Below are positions 55,446 to 64,000 of a stretch of 64,000 nt of DNA, one piece after another. Each line of letters opens with the position of its first letter. Position 1 is the stretch's first letter. The DNA comes from a virus: positions 1 to 64,000 of the IMG/VR virus record IMGVR_UViG_3300033148_007251; one strand, 5' to 3'. Made by a program: the position numbers and the translations under genes. The notes below the pieces were generated by a model. That model was not told where the DNA came from. It ran no database searches and worked only from the letters and a program-made list of their open reading frames with translations.

Positions 55446-56111
55446 TTATTTTCTTAGCGTATCAAATATTTTTTTCATATCTGGTAAAATAACGGTTTTG
55501 ATTCCTGCATTATCCTTGTAATAATTATACAATTTTTCTCTGGTTTTTATATCATATATTTTTATCTTGTAATATAATTCTCTGGCTATTTCTTCATCAG
55601 TCATATCTTCAGGGAACACAGTACATAGTTCTTTATTTTGATATAAAAGCTTAGAGTGCTGCCTGGTATTACCAATAATTGTGGAACATCCGCATCGCAT
55701 TGCTTCTATGGGACACCTATCACCCCTACCACCTCTGCCAAGATAAACAAGAATCTTGCTTTGATTATAAATTATATTAAGATTTTTTCTATCGACCATC
55801 CCCGGCATAAATACGTTTAGTTTTTCTCTTTTTAATATATCTATCGCCTTGTTTGTTTCGACACCTCTATGAACAGACTCGGGCATAATACAAGCCGGAT
55901 CTTCATTAAATATCTCCCTGTACTTAACAAGGGCATCAACAGTTTTCCGTGTGCCTTTCTTATCATGAATATGAGATCCACCAATACAGAGATCGTATTT
56001 CATTTCTGTATTTGGGATGTAATAGAATAAGTTGGGATTAGTCGGTTTTTTAAAACCAAACCGAAAACTACCAAAATCAAAACTCTGGTCAAAATTAATC
56101 TCGTTTGCCAT
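55446..56111 (-). CDS. glycosyltransferase (GT-B C-terminal domain only)
   Basis: KKGT...DAL, GMV....L..IYNQSKI.V, IEAMRCGC. Confidence 0.6.
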   Translation of the reverse strand: MANEINFDQSFDFGSFRFGFKKPTNPNLFYYIPNTEMKYDLCIGGSHIHDKKGTRKTVDALVKYREIFNEDPACIMPESVHRGVETNKAIDILKREKLNVFMPGMVDRKNLNIIYNQSKILVYLGRGGRGDRCPIEAMRCGCSTIIGNTRQHSKLLYQNKELCTVFPEDMTDEEIARELYYKIKIYDIKTREKLYNYYKDNAGIKTVILPDMKKIFDTLRK

Positions 56112-56455
56112 ATTTGTTATTCTCCTATTTTGTTATGTGAAATTTTAATCTTTTTTCTCGAATTCACATTTACAAAACGGACATGTTTCATTGCTATTTG
56201 AATTATCAGTCGCCCATGTATATCCACATTTAAGACATTTTGTTTCTTTTTTCATTTTATTAATTTCCTGTTTTTTAGTCTGTTTAATTATATGTATGAT
56301 CAATAGCGCCTGGCGCTATAATCCCCTTCCTGCTTTTTTCTATGTTGGCCATATTTGCAAATATTTCATCGTGATGAAAATAAATATCACTAGCCTTGAT
56401 ATTATTATTTAATAAAAAAACACATATTTTTTCTATAAGAGTTTTATCCATTTTA

Positions 56456-56638
56456 TTAATTCTCCTTGTATTGACATTTTGGGCAACGTTTAAATCCCAA
56501 ATTATAAATTTCTGTTGGCAATAAATATTTGTGTTTACATTTTGGACACGACATTTGTCTAACGCAATCAGGCATTTTGTTACGTTCAGGAAACATTATT
56601 TGTTCAAGCATTTTAAGTGGATCATTATATTTAGTCAT
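56456..56638 (-). CDS. small zinc-ribbon protein
   Basis: CPKC...CPKC. Confidence 0.55.
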   Translation of the reverse strand: MTKYNDPLKMLEQIMFPERNKMPDCVRQMSCPKCKHKYLLPTEIYNLGFKRCPKCQYKEN

Positions 56639-56672
56639 TTTATCATCCTTTTTGTTAATATTTTATTTATTA

Positions 56673-56735
56673 TGGCTGAGGCGCAAGGACTTGAACCTTG
56701 ATTGACATGTTATCCTACCATTGAATGACGCCCCA
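56673..56735 (-). tRNA. tRNA-like gene (Gln-type acceptor) lacking the anticodon arm
   Basis: TGGGGCG/CGCCTCA acceptor + G-CCA, D loop AATGGT, T arm CAAGG-TTCAAGT-CCTTG; only 11 nt between the D and T arms; 63 nt. Confidence 0.75.
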
Positions 56736-56758
56736 TTTATTTATATTATACAAAGTTT

Positions 56759-57412
56759 TTATAAATTTTCATCATTTTTTATAATCTCCTGTATTTTTGA
56801 TACCCTATTTTCAAGGCTCACATAAAAAACCTTATCTGCACCATCTTGAATATCTTGAATTGCTGCCCTTTCATCACTTACCATAATGATTTGGATACCC
56901 ATTTGTTTGGATATTGTTTTTATCATTTGAATTGCTTTTTTATTCGCTTCTTCCCCCTTTAAATGTTGAAATGGCTCATCTAAAATTAACACGTTTCTTG
57001 GAGAAGGGATGATTAATCTCCAAATAGCAATTCTTAATGCTATTGCAGCGACATCGATCACCCCTCCACCGCTATCAAAAAAAGGATTAAACAATTTACC
57101 ATTTTGTTCAAATAAAAGATTACATTCTGTTTTCCCACGATTAATTATAAATGAAACACTAAGTTTATACGGGTCATCAAATATCGCTGCCAATGCCGGT
57201 GAAACGATATTAGAAAGCTGACACTCTAATTCCTTTAATGTCTGTTTTGCTACATTTTGTATAATTAATTGAGCCTTTTCAATATTATTAATCTTTTCTT
57301 CAAGTATTTCAATCTGATTATTTGCTTTATTTTGATCAGATTTGAGTTGAGAAACAATCCCAATTTTTTGATTTAATATTTGTTTGTATTTTTGAATATC
57401 CATAATGACCAT
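56759..57412 (-). CDS. Rad50/SbcC C-terminal half
   Basis: Coiled coil, ABC signature DSGG, Walker B LILDEP, IIMVS. Confidence 0.8.
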   Translation of the reverse strand: MVIMDIQKYKQILNQKIGIVSQLKSDQNKANNQIEILEEKINNIEKAQLIIQNVAKQTLKELECQLSNIVSPALAAIFDDPYKLSVSFIINRGKTECNLLFEQNGKLFNPFFDSGGGVIDVAAIALRIAIWRLIIPSPRNVLILDEPFQHLKGEEANKKAIQMIKTISKQMGIQIIMVSDERAAIQDIQDGADKVFYVSLENRVSKIQEIIKNDENL

Positions 57413-57687
57413 TATATTTTAGGAAGAGTTATTATATTAGATTGCTTAATTGTATTATTATTATCCAAATCATTAGTTTTTGCTTTTTCAATAAATAAAT
57501 TAACTATAGCGCTAGTTACATTTGACATTAATTGTAACGCTGCATTAAGATTGGCCGGAAAACCAGTTAAATTAACTGTTCCGTTATCCATTTGTTTAAT
57601 CACCATTTGAAACATAACCCTTGGGGCAATTGGAACAGATGGAGATTCTTTTAATGACGAAGGGTCTATTTTAATAACGTTAGACAT
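57412..57687 (-). CDS. hypothetical protein
   Basis: Start at MSNVIK after SD GAGG. Confidence 0.55.
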   Translation of the reverse strand: MSNVIKIDPSSLKESPSVPIAPRVMFQMVIKQMDNGTVNLTGFPANLNAALQLMSNVTSAIVNLFIEKAKTNDLDNNNTIKQSNIITLPKI

Positions 57688-57724
57688 TTTTATACCTCTA
57701 TTTTTTTTGTTATACAAATTTTTA

Positions 57725-57967
57725 TTAAATTTCCCAATTATATTTTTTCTCTAATTCTAATAAACCGTTATTTAATTCTTTTTCTTTTTTGTCTAATTCA
57801 ATTTCTGTTTTTCGTAATTTTTGTTCAGCATCTTCAATTGTTTTGCAATCAAAATCCTTATTAAGAGAATCAATTAATTGTTCTTGCTTTCCTTCAAGCT
57901 TGGATAATTCGTTTTTTGCTTCATCTATTTTTGTCTTCATTTTTAATAATTTTTCACTGTTTGTCAT
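57725..57967 (-). CDS. small coiled-coil protein
   Basis: Heptad pattern throughout; inside the Mre11/Rad50 cluster. Confidence 0.6.
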   Translation of the reverse strand: MTNSEKLLKMKTKIDEAKNELSKLEGKQEQLIDSLNKDFDCKTIEDAEQKLRKTEIELDKKEKELNNGLLELEKKYNWEI

Positions 57968-57980
57968 TATTTTGCTCCCA

Positions 57981-58907
57981 TCACGCCATAGATTTGTTAA
58001 TTATTTCTTCAATGGCCTTATCAACATTATTGATATTAATATATTTTTTTATATTAGTCCTAAAACACATTTTGGTTTCAATACTATTTGATAAACTTTG
58101 CATATATGTAGCCATACGAATATCTTTTTCTTGTTTATTGTCAATATGATCTCTGTTTATTACATTTTGTTCAATAGGTAAATAAACATCTTCTACTATA
58201 TTGGTGTCTATAAACCACTTATACACCTTTGGTTTATAATTAATTTGATCCGCTGTTGTTCTCATCATTGAGCCTGGATTTACAAGCAATCTATTTTTAT
58301 ATTTAGAAACAAAAGGCAAATGATTATCACCGGAAAGAATTAAATTATATTTTGGAAAACCCTTAAGAAGTTCGTGCCCTTTTGGAGCCTTTTGATCTTT
58401 CCACAAAGGTTTATTTTCGATAATCATTTGATGAGTTATAGCAATTTGCGGCAATATGTTGCGCTTAGCGTTACAAACTTTAATGCCATAAGAAAAAGGG
58501 TTTAATATAAATTTATCATTTATATTTTGTGACTCTTCGATTACAAAAATAGTAAACCCACTATGTAAAACGCCACATCCACTTTCGTGCCAAGAATCAA
58601 TACGATGATTAGGTAAGTCATGCTGCCCTAAAATAGTTATTATGTCTATATCATATTTAGCTACCAAAGACATAAATCGTTCTAATAATTTATTTGGCCA
58701 TTGACTTTTGTGTCCAAAATCGCCGGCAACAAGCAATGGGCAATTGTTTTCTTTACATAAATCGAAAATAAAATTTAATTTTCTAAATTGAGCTTCAATA
58801 AAATCATCTGTTCTACATCTTGGAACATCATGTCTAATGTGTAAATCAGCACACAATATTGCATCAGCCTTTTTAATTGTTTGTTTTTTTCTTTTGAAAT
58901 TATTCAT
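57981..58907 (-). CDS. Mre11/SbcD-like nuclease
   Basis: ADLH, VAGD, LGQHD, ITH, SGDNH, VNPGS. Confidence 0.88.
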   Translation of the reverse strand: MNNFKRKKQTIKKADAILCADLHIRHDVPRCRTDDFIEAQFRKLNFIFDLCKENNCPLLVAGDFGHKSQWPNKLLERFMSLVAKYDIDIITILGQHDLPNHRIDSWHESGCGVLHSGFTIFVIEESQNINDKFILNPFSYGIKVCNAKRNILPQIAITHQMIIENKPLWKDQKAPKGHELLKGFPKYNLILSGDNHLPFVSKYKNRLLVNPGSMMRTTADQINYKPKVYKWFIDTNIVEDVYLPIEQNVINRDHIDNKQEKDIRMATYMQSLSNSIETKMCFRTNIKKYININNVDKAIEEIINKSMA

Positions 58908-60109
58908 TATTTTATTTCCTGTTCACATAATGGGCACGTAGAAGGCATTTCTTTAGCCAATTCTATTTGTAAATCATTTATATTTTTAGTTTCTTTTTTA
59001 ATTTTATGTTCTATTGATTTGGCATCATTTATAATAATACATAATAATTTTTTGTGTTTTTGTAAATTATCAAAATCAATTTGATATTGAATCAATTCGT
59101 TTATTTGTTTTTTTGCTTTTATTAACTCGATGAATAGCACTCTTTGTTCATTGTTTTCATTCAAATTAAAAACAGTTTCATTTAAAATATTCCAATAACC
59201 ATTTTTAATATCAATTGTTTTATCAAGATTAATTAAATCTTGAATTTTTTCATTATGTATACAAATTAAATTGTTTTTATTTAATTTATCTTGGTTTTTA
59301 TTTAAATCATTTACTAATTTATTTAAATTGGTAAATGATTGATTTTGAGATCCTATGCTCTTTTTAAATATAATTAATTTTTTAATATCATCTTCATATT
59401 TTAATATTAAATTGATCTTATTTAAATTAGCATCATTAATGTGAAATTGATATATATTCTTATTTAAATTGTCGAATAACATCGTTAAATTAGATATATC
59501 AAATTCGATGCTTTCTATTTCTTTAATTTTAATGCCGGCTTCAGTTAACCATGAATATTCTTTTAACTTTTCTTGTTTATTTAATTTAATACCCTGTTGA
59601 ATTAACAAATCTCTGTTTTTTTGCTTTAAAACCTTGGTGATATTTGTTTGCGTTACATCTATAATGTCTAATTTAACAGCCTTATTAATTTGTTTTCCAA
59701 CTTCACCCGGTGTCAATTTTAAAAGAAAAGGTGTATCAAATTGTTTTTGTATATTTGTTTCAGGTATGTTTAATAAATTAGATATCTCTTCCGGAACCTT
59801 TGTCCCGAACCCTTCAAAAACATCTGTCTGTTTTGATTCTTTATTATCAACGCAATATATATTTTTTTTACCCTTTTCTCTAATAATTGTTTTTTGGTTA
59901 TCAATATCAACGCTTACGGAAGTATCCCCTCCCCAATGCGAACGAAAACGATCACCTGTTGGCTTATTGGAGATTACCCAGTTCAACGCTCTTATGATGC
60001 TACTTTTTCCCTTACTAGATTCTCCAATTATAATATTGACGCCTGGATCAAAATCTAATTTTGTATTTTTATGACTTTGAAAATTTTTTATTTTGATTGA
60101 TTTTATCAT
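58907..60109 (-). CDS. Rad50/SbcC N-terminal half ending at the zinc hook
   Basis: IKNFQSH, Walker A GESSKGKS, Q-loop, long coiled coil, terminal CPLC. Confidence 0.85.
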   Translation of the reverse strand: MIKSIKIKNFQSHKNTKLDFDPGVNIIIGESSKGKSSIIRALNWVISNKPTGDRFRSHWGGDTSVSVDIDNQKTIIREKGKKNIYCVDNKESKQTDVFEGFGTKVPEEISNLLNIPETNIQKQFDTPFLLKLTPGEVGKQINKAVKLDIIDVTQTNITKVLKQKNRDLLIQQGIKLNKQEKLKEYSWLTEAGIKIKEIESIEFDISNLTMLFDNLNKNIYQFHINDANLNKINLILKYEDDIKKLIIFKKSIGSQNQSFTNLNKLVNDLNKNQDKLNKNNLICIHNEKIQDLINLDKTIDIKNGYWNILNETVFNLNENNEQRVLFIELIKAKKQINELIQYQIDFDNLQKHKKLLCIIINDAKSIEHKIKKETKNINDLQIELAKEMPSTCPLCEQEIK

Positions 60110-60113
60110 AATT

Positions 60114-60311
60114 TTATAACCATTCTAACATGGATATACCGTGAATGTTGAGACTTTCCCAAAAGGTATTCCTCATCTTGCAATCTTTTTCATTTTCATA
60201 TTTTAAACTTTGGCCGTAAAGCGGATGTCGCATTATCCCCTTAAGCCATAATATCTCTTTGTTATTTAAAGATAGCGTAGTTGTTGATCCATTTTTTATT
60301 TCCACTTTCAT
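60114..60311 (-). CDS. hypothetical protein
   Basis: Packed in the operon. Confidence 0.5.
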   Translation of the reverse strand: MKVEIKNGSTTTLSLNNKEILWLKGIMRHPLYGQSLKYENEKDCKMRNTFWESLNIHGISMLEWL

Positions 60312-60316
60312 GTTAA

Positions 60317-60826
60317 TTACCTCTTTATTTCATCAATAATATTAAGTATTGCTTTAAAAGATTTATTCATTTTTCCACTTTTAGGATACACAGGAAGTTT
60401 CTTTCTATTTGGATATATTTGAAAGTAATATTTACAAATTTTGTTAAAATCACGTTTATTTATTTTCTCTGCTTTGGGTCGCTCATTTGGGTGAATGTAC
60501 TTTGGATCAAGGGGCGGGGCCTCTAAATAATCAGCTAAATTCCTCAGGAACTCCGGTAATTGTATTAATTTGGTTAACCCATACCTTTTAAATGAGTTTG
60601 TTACTTTTCCCTCTACAACATTAGCATTTTTATGAATCACGCCTCTTAATAGCCCTTTTCCATCTTTTCCAAGCATATCCTTTTTTCTTTTGTGCTTATG
60701 GTCAAAAACGGCGTCTTTATAATCAATGGGTAATTTTAATATTGGACAGGTGCCCTTTTGTTTTACCCATTGATTATATCGCAGTTCTTTTAATTGAGCA
60801 TGGGTTAATGATATTAATTTAATCAT
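60317..60826 (-). CDS. recombination endonuclease VII-like
   Basis: Q...CPI.......FDHKH......G.LRGVI...AN..EG ... L.NLADYL.......IHP. Confidence 0.8.
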   Translation of the reverse strand: MIKLISLTHAQLKELRYNQWVKQKGTCPILKLPIDYKDAVFDHKHKRKKDMLGKDGKGLLRGVIHKNANVVEGKVTNSFKRYGLTKLIQLPEFLRNLADYLEAPPLDPKYIHPNERPKAEKINKRDFNKICKYYFQIYPNRKKLPVYPKSGKMNKSFKAILNIIDEIKR

Positions 60827-60860
60827 TTTTTATTCCACTATTATATTATACAAGATTTTA

Positions 60861-61964
60861 CTAATATTTTCTTGTTCTTTTTAATTCTACACTCTCTTCG
60901 ATTTCATTCCAAACGCAACCGGTAATATCTTGTAATTTTTTTTGTAATTTTTCATTTTCTATTTTTTCAATTAAAGACGCTTTTGTTTCTTCTATATTAA
61001 ATTCTACAGCCTTTATATTTTGGCCCGCTTTTTTCCAATGTCCTGAATTAACAAGAAAGTCAATACAACTAGAAACATCATCAATTCCATAACTGGCAAA
61101 AATATCAAATTCCACGTCTCTTAGTTTGCCGGTAATTTTGTTCTTGGTCACCTTAGCTATTATTGAATTTCCAATTTTTCTTTTTTGTTTTCTAACTTCT
61201 TTTACAAGGGTTTTTTTCTTATTTAACCACACTTGATGCGAGCTATAGAAAAAAGGGGCCAATCCACCGGAAGTCGTTTTCTTTGAACCGAACACAACAC
61301 CAATCTTTGCTCTCTCTTGTTGAATGATAAACAAAACGCTTTTAGTATGGCTCATTTTTCCATTTATCATCCTTAAGGCTTCCCCTATGCCCTTGGCCTT
61401 TTCTGTTTTGAAACTGCCCTTGATTTCTTGAATAGCATCTGGATTTTTTGCTTTAATTAAAGCTTGCTGATATTCCCTTTGTAATTCTTCACTACTCGTA
61501 AGACTATCTAAGCTATCAAGAATATAAATAAATGGTTTTTCTTGTTTTGTAAAATTTAAAATATTACTTTTGAAATCTTGAATTGTTTCACTATGCAACG
61601 GTTCATCATCGTTATGTAAAGGTGACGTGATTCTCTCCGCTAATTTATTACCAAATAAATATTTAATATCAAATCCGTTACAAGTCTCTTCGCTGTCATC
61701 ATAAATAAATTCGTAATTATCAAATCGCTCATCTTGAGCGCATTCAGCTAACATTGTTAACATAAGCATTGTTTTTCCACTGGCCGATCCCCCTGGCAAA
61801 GTAATAATTCGACCAAGGGCAAATGCACCAAACGGATTATCAGAACACGCAAGGTTCAACATGGTGCTTCCTGACGGTATTAAAATAGATGTATCTATTC
61901 TCTTTCTTTTAATTTTTATATTAGCCGATTCTTCTACTTGACCTAATATTTTTCTTTTTATCAT
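60861..61964 (-). CDS. RecA/UvsX-like recombinase
   Basis: SGS..LNLA, GGSASGKT, ILDSL, IIQQ.R, TTSGG.A..FYSS, VTKNK, GID. Confidence 0.9.
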   Translation of the reverse strand: MIKRKILGQVEESANIKIKRKRIDTSILIPSGSTMLNLACSDNPFGAFALGRIITLPGGSASGKTMLMLTMLAECAQDERFDNYEFIYDDSEETCNGFDIKYLFGNKLAERITSPLHNDDEPLHSETIQDFKSNILNFTKQEKPFIYILDSLDSLTSSEELQREYQQALIKAKNPDAIQEIKGSFKTEKAKGIGEALRMINGKMSHTKSVLFIIQQERAKIGVVFGSKKTTSGGLAPFFYSSHQVWLNKKKTLVKEVRKQKRKIGNSIIAKVTKNKITGKLRDVEFDIFASYGIDDVSSCIDFLVNSGHWKKAGQNIKAVEFNIEETKASLIEKIENEKLQKKLQDITGCVWNEIEESVELKRTRKY

Positions 61965-61988
61965 TTTTTTAGTCTTTGTTTTATTTTT

Positions 61989-62020
61989 AATAAAGGGGAA
62001 TATTTCTATCCCCCTTTATT
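61989..62020 (-). terminator. intrinsic terminator hairpin
   Basis: AATAAAGGGGA ... TCCCCTTTATT between SSB and RecA. Confidence 0.6.
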
Positions 62021-62043
62021 ATTGTTTTTGATTAAAAATCATA

Positions 62044-63207
62044 CTAAAACGGAACATCTTCCTCGTTTGCAACCGGTGTTCTTGGCCGCCTGCGTGGCCT
62101 TGATGGCTTATCTTCTTTTTCTTTCTTTAATTCCTCTTGCCTTGTAATACACTTCTGAAAAATATCCTCTTCACATTCTTCACATTCTTCACCGGTGTTA
62201 CAATCAATTCCAAACTTTTTCCCTTCAGGGCATTCATTTTTGGGATTATTGCTGAATCTTTTTCTTGATGTTGCTGTTGGTGTTTTATCCTTAACATCGT
62301 CCTTAACATCGTCCTTAACATCGTCCTTAACATCGTCCTTAACATCGTCATTAACATCGTCCTTAACATCGTCCTTAACATCGTCATTAACATCGTCCTG
62401 AATCTTTTCTTCCTTTTGGGTAACATCATCGTCGAGGCCAAAATGAGCGTTGGCAACTTGTTCATAAGTCGGTATAATAAGCATTTTGTCAAGAGAGAAA
62501 ACCTTATCCAGTGTATCTTCTGAATAAGATTCTCTTTCTTCAAATGAAATAGAATGCGGCTTGAGATAGTCTTTACCCCTAAATGTTTCTGTGCCACCTT
62601 TGAATTTAATTGACGCCCCCATTTCTAAATCACTAAAAGTTATGGTTTCTTCTTCATCCTCTAATGCTTCTTGTAGAATTTTTTCAAACCAATGCCATGA
62701 AAAATTATCCCATAGTTGTATCCCCTTTTCCTCATCATTATGATCATAAATATTATAAAATGTTCTCCAACTCCATTTAAGAGATTGTATTTTCTTTTTG
62801 TCCTGTTCATCTTCATCCTTGCCCCACTCTTCATATAATTCTTCACAAATAGGACACTTCTTACCAAACGCATGCTTTAAACAAAGGAACATATCATTGC
62901 CTTCTCCGATATTACGATGAATAGGGACTTCAAGTTTATAATCCAAGAATCCAACTTCACTATATTCACCTAAAGTGCTTCCTGATACACTTTTAAGCAT
63001 TTTGTATTTTTGGTTTGTAATTTCAAATGGCAAAATATCAATATGATTTTTACGACCAATCTTAAATCTTTTTATTTCTGTTCCATTAGCCTTAGAATAA
63101 TCTAAAACCGATTTTATTCCAAAGGTTTTATTATCCTTTTCCTTAACTGATCTCTTTGTCCTGTTAGCTAATGCGGCCCTTCTTTGTTCTGGTGTAATTC
63201 TTGGCAT
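62044..63207 (-). CDS. single-stranded DNA-binding protein (T4 gp32-like)
   Basis: ILPF, H...C......CPIC zinc site, acidic tail ending EEDVPF; between UvsY and RecA; start at MPRITP after SD AGGAGG. Confidence 0.75.
   Translation of the reverse strand: MPRITPEQRRAALANRTKRSVKEKDNKTFGIKSVLDYSKANGTEIKRFKIGRKNHIDILPFEITNQKYKMLKSVSGSTLGEYSEVGFLDYKLEVPIHRNIGEGNDMFLCLKHAFGKKCPICEELYEEWGKDEDEQDKKKIQSLKWSWRTFYNIYDHNDEEKGIQLWDNFSWHWFEKILQEALEDEEETITFSDLEMGASIKFKGGTETFRGKDYLKPHSISFEERESYSEDTLDKVFSLDKMLIIPTYEQVANAHFGLDDDVTQKEEKIQDDVNDDVKDDVKDDVNDDVKDDVKDDVKDDVKDDVKDKTPTATSRKRFSNNPKNECPEGKKFGIDCNTGEECEECEEDIFQKCITRQEELKKEKEDKPSRPRRRPRTPVANEEDVPF
62288..62398. repeat. 12-bp tandem repeat (nine DDV(K/N) units) in SSB
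   Basis: TTAACATCGTC(C/A) x9. Confidence 0.9.
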
Positions 63208-63369
63208 CTTATTTCGCCTCCTTTTTGTTTTCGTTTTTGTTATTTGTTTTCTCTTCAAAAAAAGTTAAAAAAATTATTTTTGAAGCGACCCTTATTGAAA
63301 TTCCAAAAAAAATAAATGCAAAAAATATTTTAAGCATTGTTTTTAATAATTCATATAATAATTCCATGA

Positions 63370-63861
63370 TTATTTCCGCACCCTTTTGTTTAAGCTAGAT
63401 CTTTCTTTACTGGACGATTCATCACTAATTCTTACCTCGATTGATTCACCTTGATTTTTTTGTAACTCTTCAATTGGTGAAGCAAAATAATTACCTATCC
63501 ATAATTTAACTTCATTTTCAAGTGCTGATTTGCGATCATCAAATGCACGTAAAGCATTTTTAATCATATTCAGCTCATATTCTGCATCAATTTGTTCATT
63601 TTTTGCCTCGATATAATCATTATTTTCACAACAAAAAGCTTCGATTTGCTGCACCGTAATCTTTGGATTTTCAGTCTTACATTGTTTAATTAATTTTGCC
63701 TTAACAACAGCTACAGCTTCATTTATTTTTTTTGTAACTCTATCTAAATGAGATACCTCGGATGCATATTTATAACGTAAATTTGCATGATTTTTCCATT
63801 CGTTATGCAAATTGTTTAAATCTATTTTTAAATCTTTTTTAAAATTAAATTCTTTATCCAT
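63370..63861 (-). CDS. UvsY-like recombination mediator
   Basis: DLKID..NL..EW....L...Y ... A...RK.AL pattern; adjacent to SSB and RecA. Confidence 0.7.
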   Translation of the reverse strand: MDKEFNFKKDLKIDLNNLHNEWKNHANLRYKYASEVSHLDRVTKKINEAVAVVKAKLIKQCKTENPKITVQQIEAFCCENNDYIEAKNEQIDAEYELNMIKNALRAFDDRKSALENEVKLWIGNYFASPIEELQKNQGESIEVRISDESSSKERSSLNKRVRK

Positions 63862-64000
63862 TTATTAATATTTCCTTTATCTTATTATACAATATTTTTC
63901 TGTTTTTTATCTACTTTTTATTTTTTTCTTTTCCGCAAACAGTACATCTATATGTTGTTCTATCAACCTTTTGGTTATGAACCCTTATTGATTTTCCATA

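Noticed and set aside
62127-62597. Alternative-frame ORFs (MLRT and LTSS repeats)
   Set aside because: Shadows of the 12-bp DDVK repeat in the SSB gene.

Overview
This window is most of an AT-rich tailed-phage (siphovirus-type) genome. A plus-strand virion and lysis module spans about 26.8-54.7 kb: TerS, PBSX-type TerL, a portal fused to a gpF-like domain, HK97-type protease and capsid, neck, a glycosyltransferase, tail tube, frameshifted chaperone, tape measure, LamG-type tail proteins and lysis genes. Minus-strand DNA-metabolism genes flank it on both sides: helicases, primase, initiator, NrdD/NrdG, a sigma-like factor, SSB, UvsY, RecA, Endo VII, Mre11 and a split Rad50. No DNA polymerase or integrase is visible. 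Class III RNR and sigma-54 promoters suggest an anaerobic host rich in sigma-54 regulation, possibly Desulfobacterota (inference). The most striking unexplained structure is RNA-level control. (1) Two sigma-54 (-24/-12) promoters with enhancer-like repeats drive an operon of small genes. Two type III hammerhead ribozymes (plus a decayed third) punctuate it, each just before a ribosome-binding site, and together they bracket a 55-aa ORF. (2) Six paralogous GIY-YIG endonucleases carry variable NUMOD3/HTH modules; three appear to have their own leaderless promoter and one sits behind a double loop-pairing 5' riboregulator. (3) A promoter-fronted tRNA-like gene lacks its anticodon arm. (4) A roughly 350-nt structured non-coding region lies upstream of the terminase. 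All calls come from reading motifs by eye; no searches were run.
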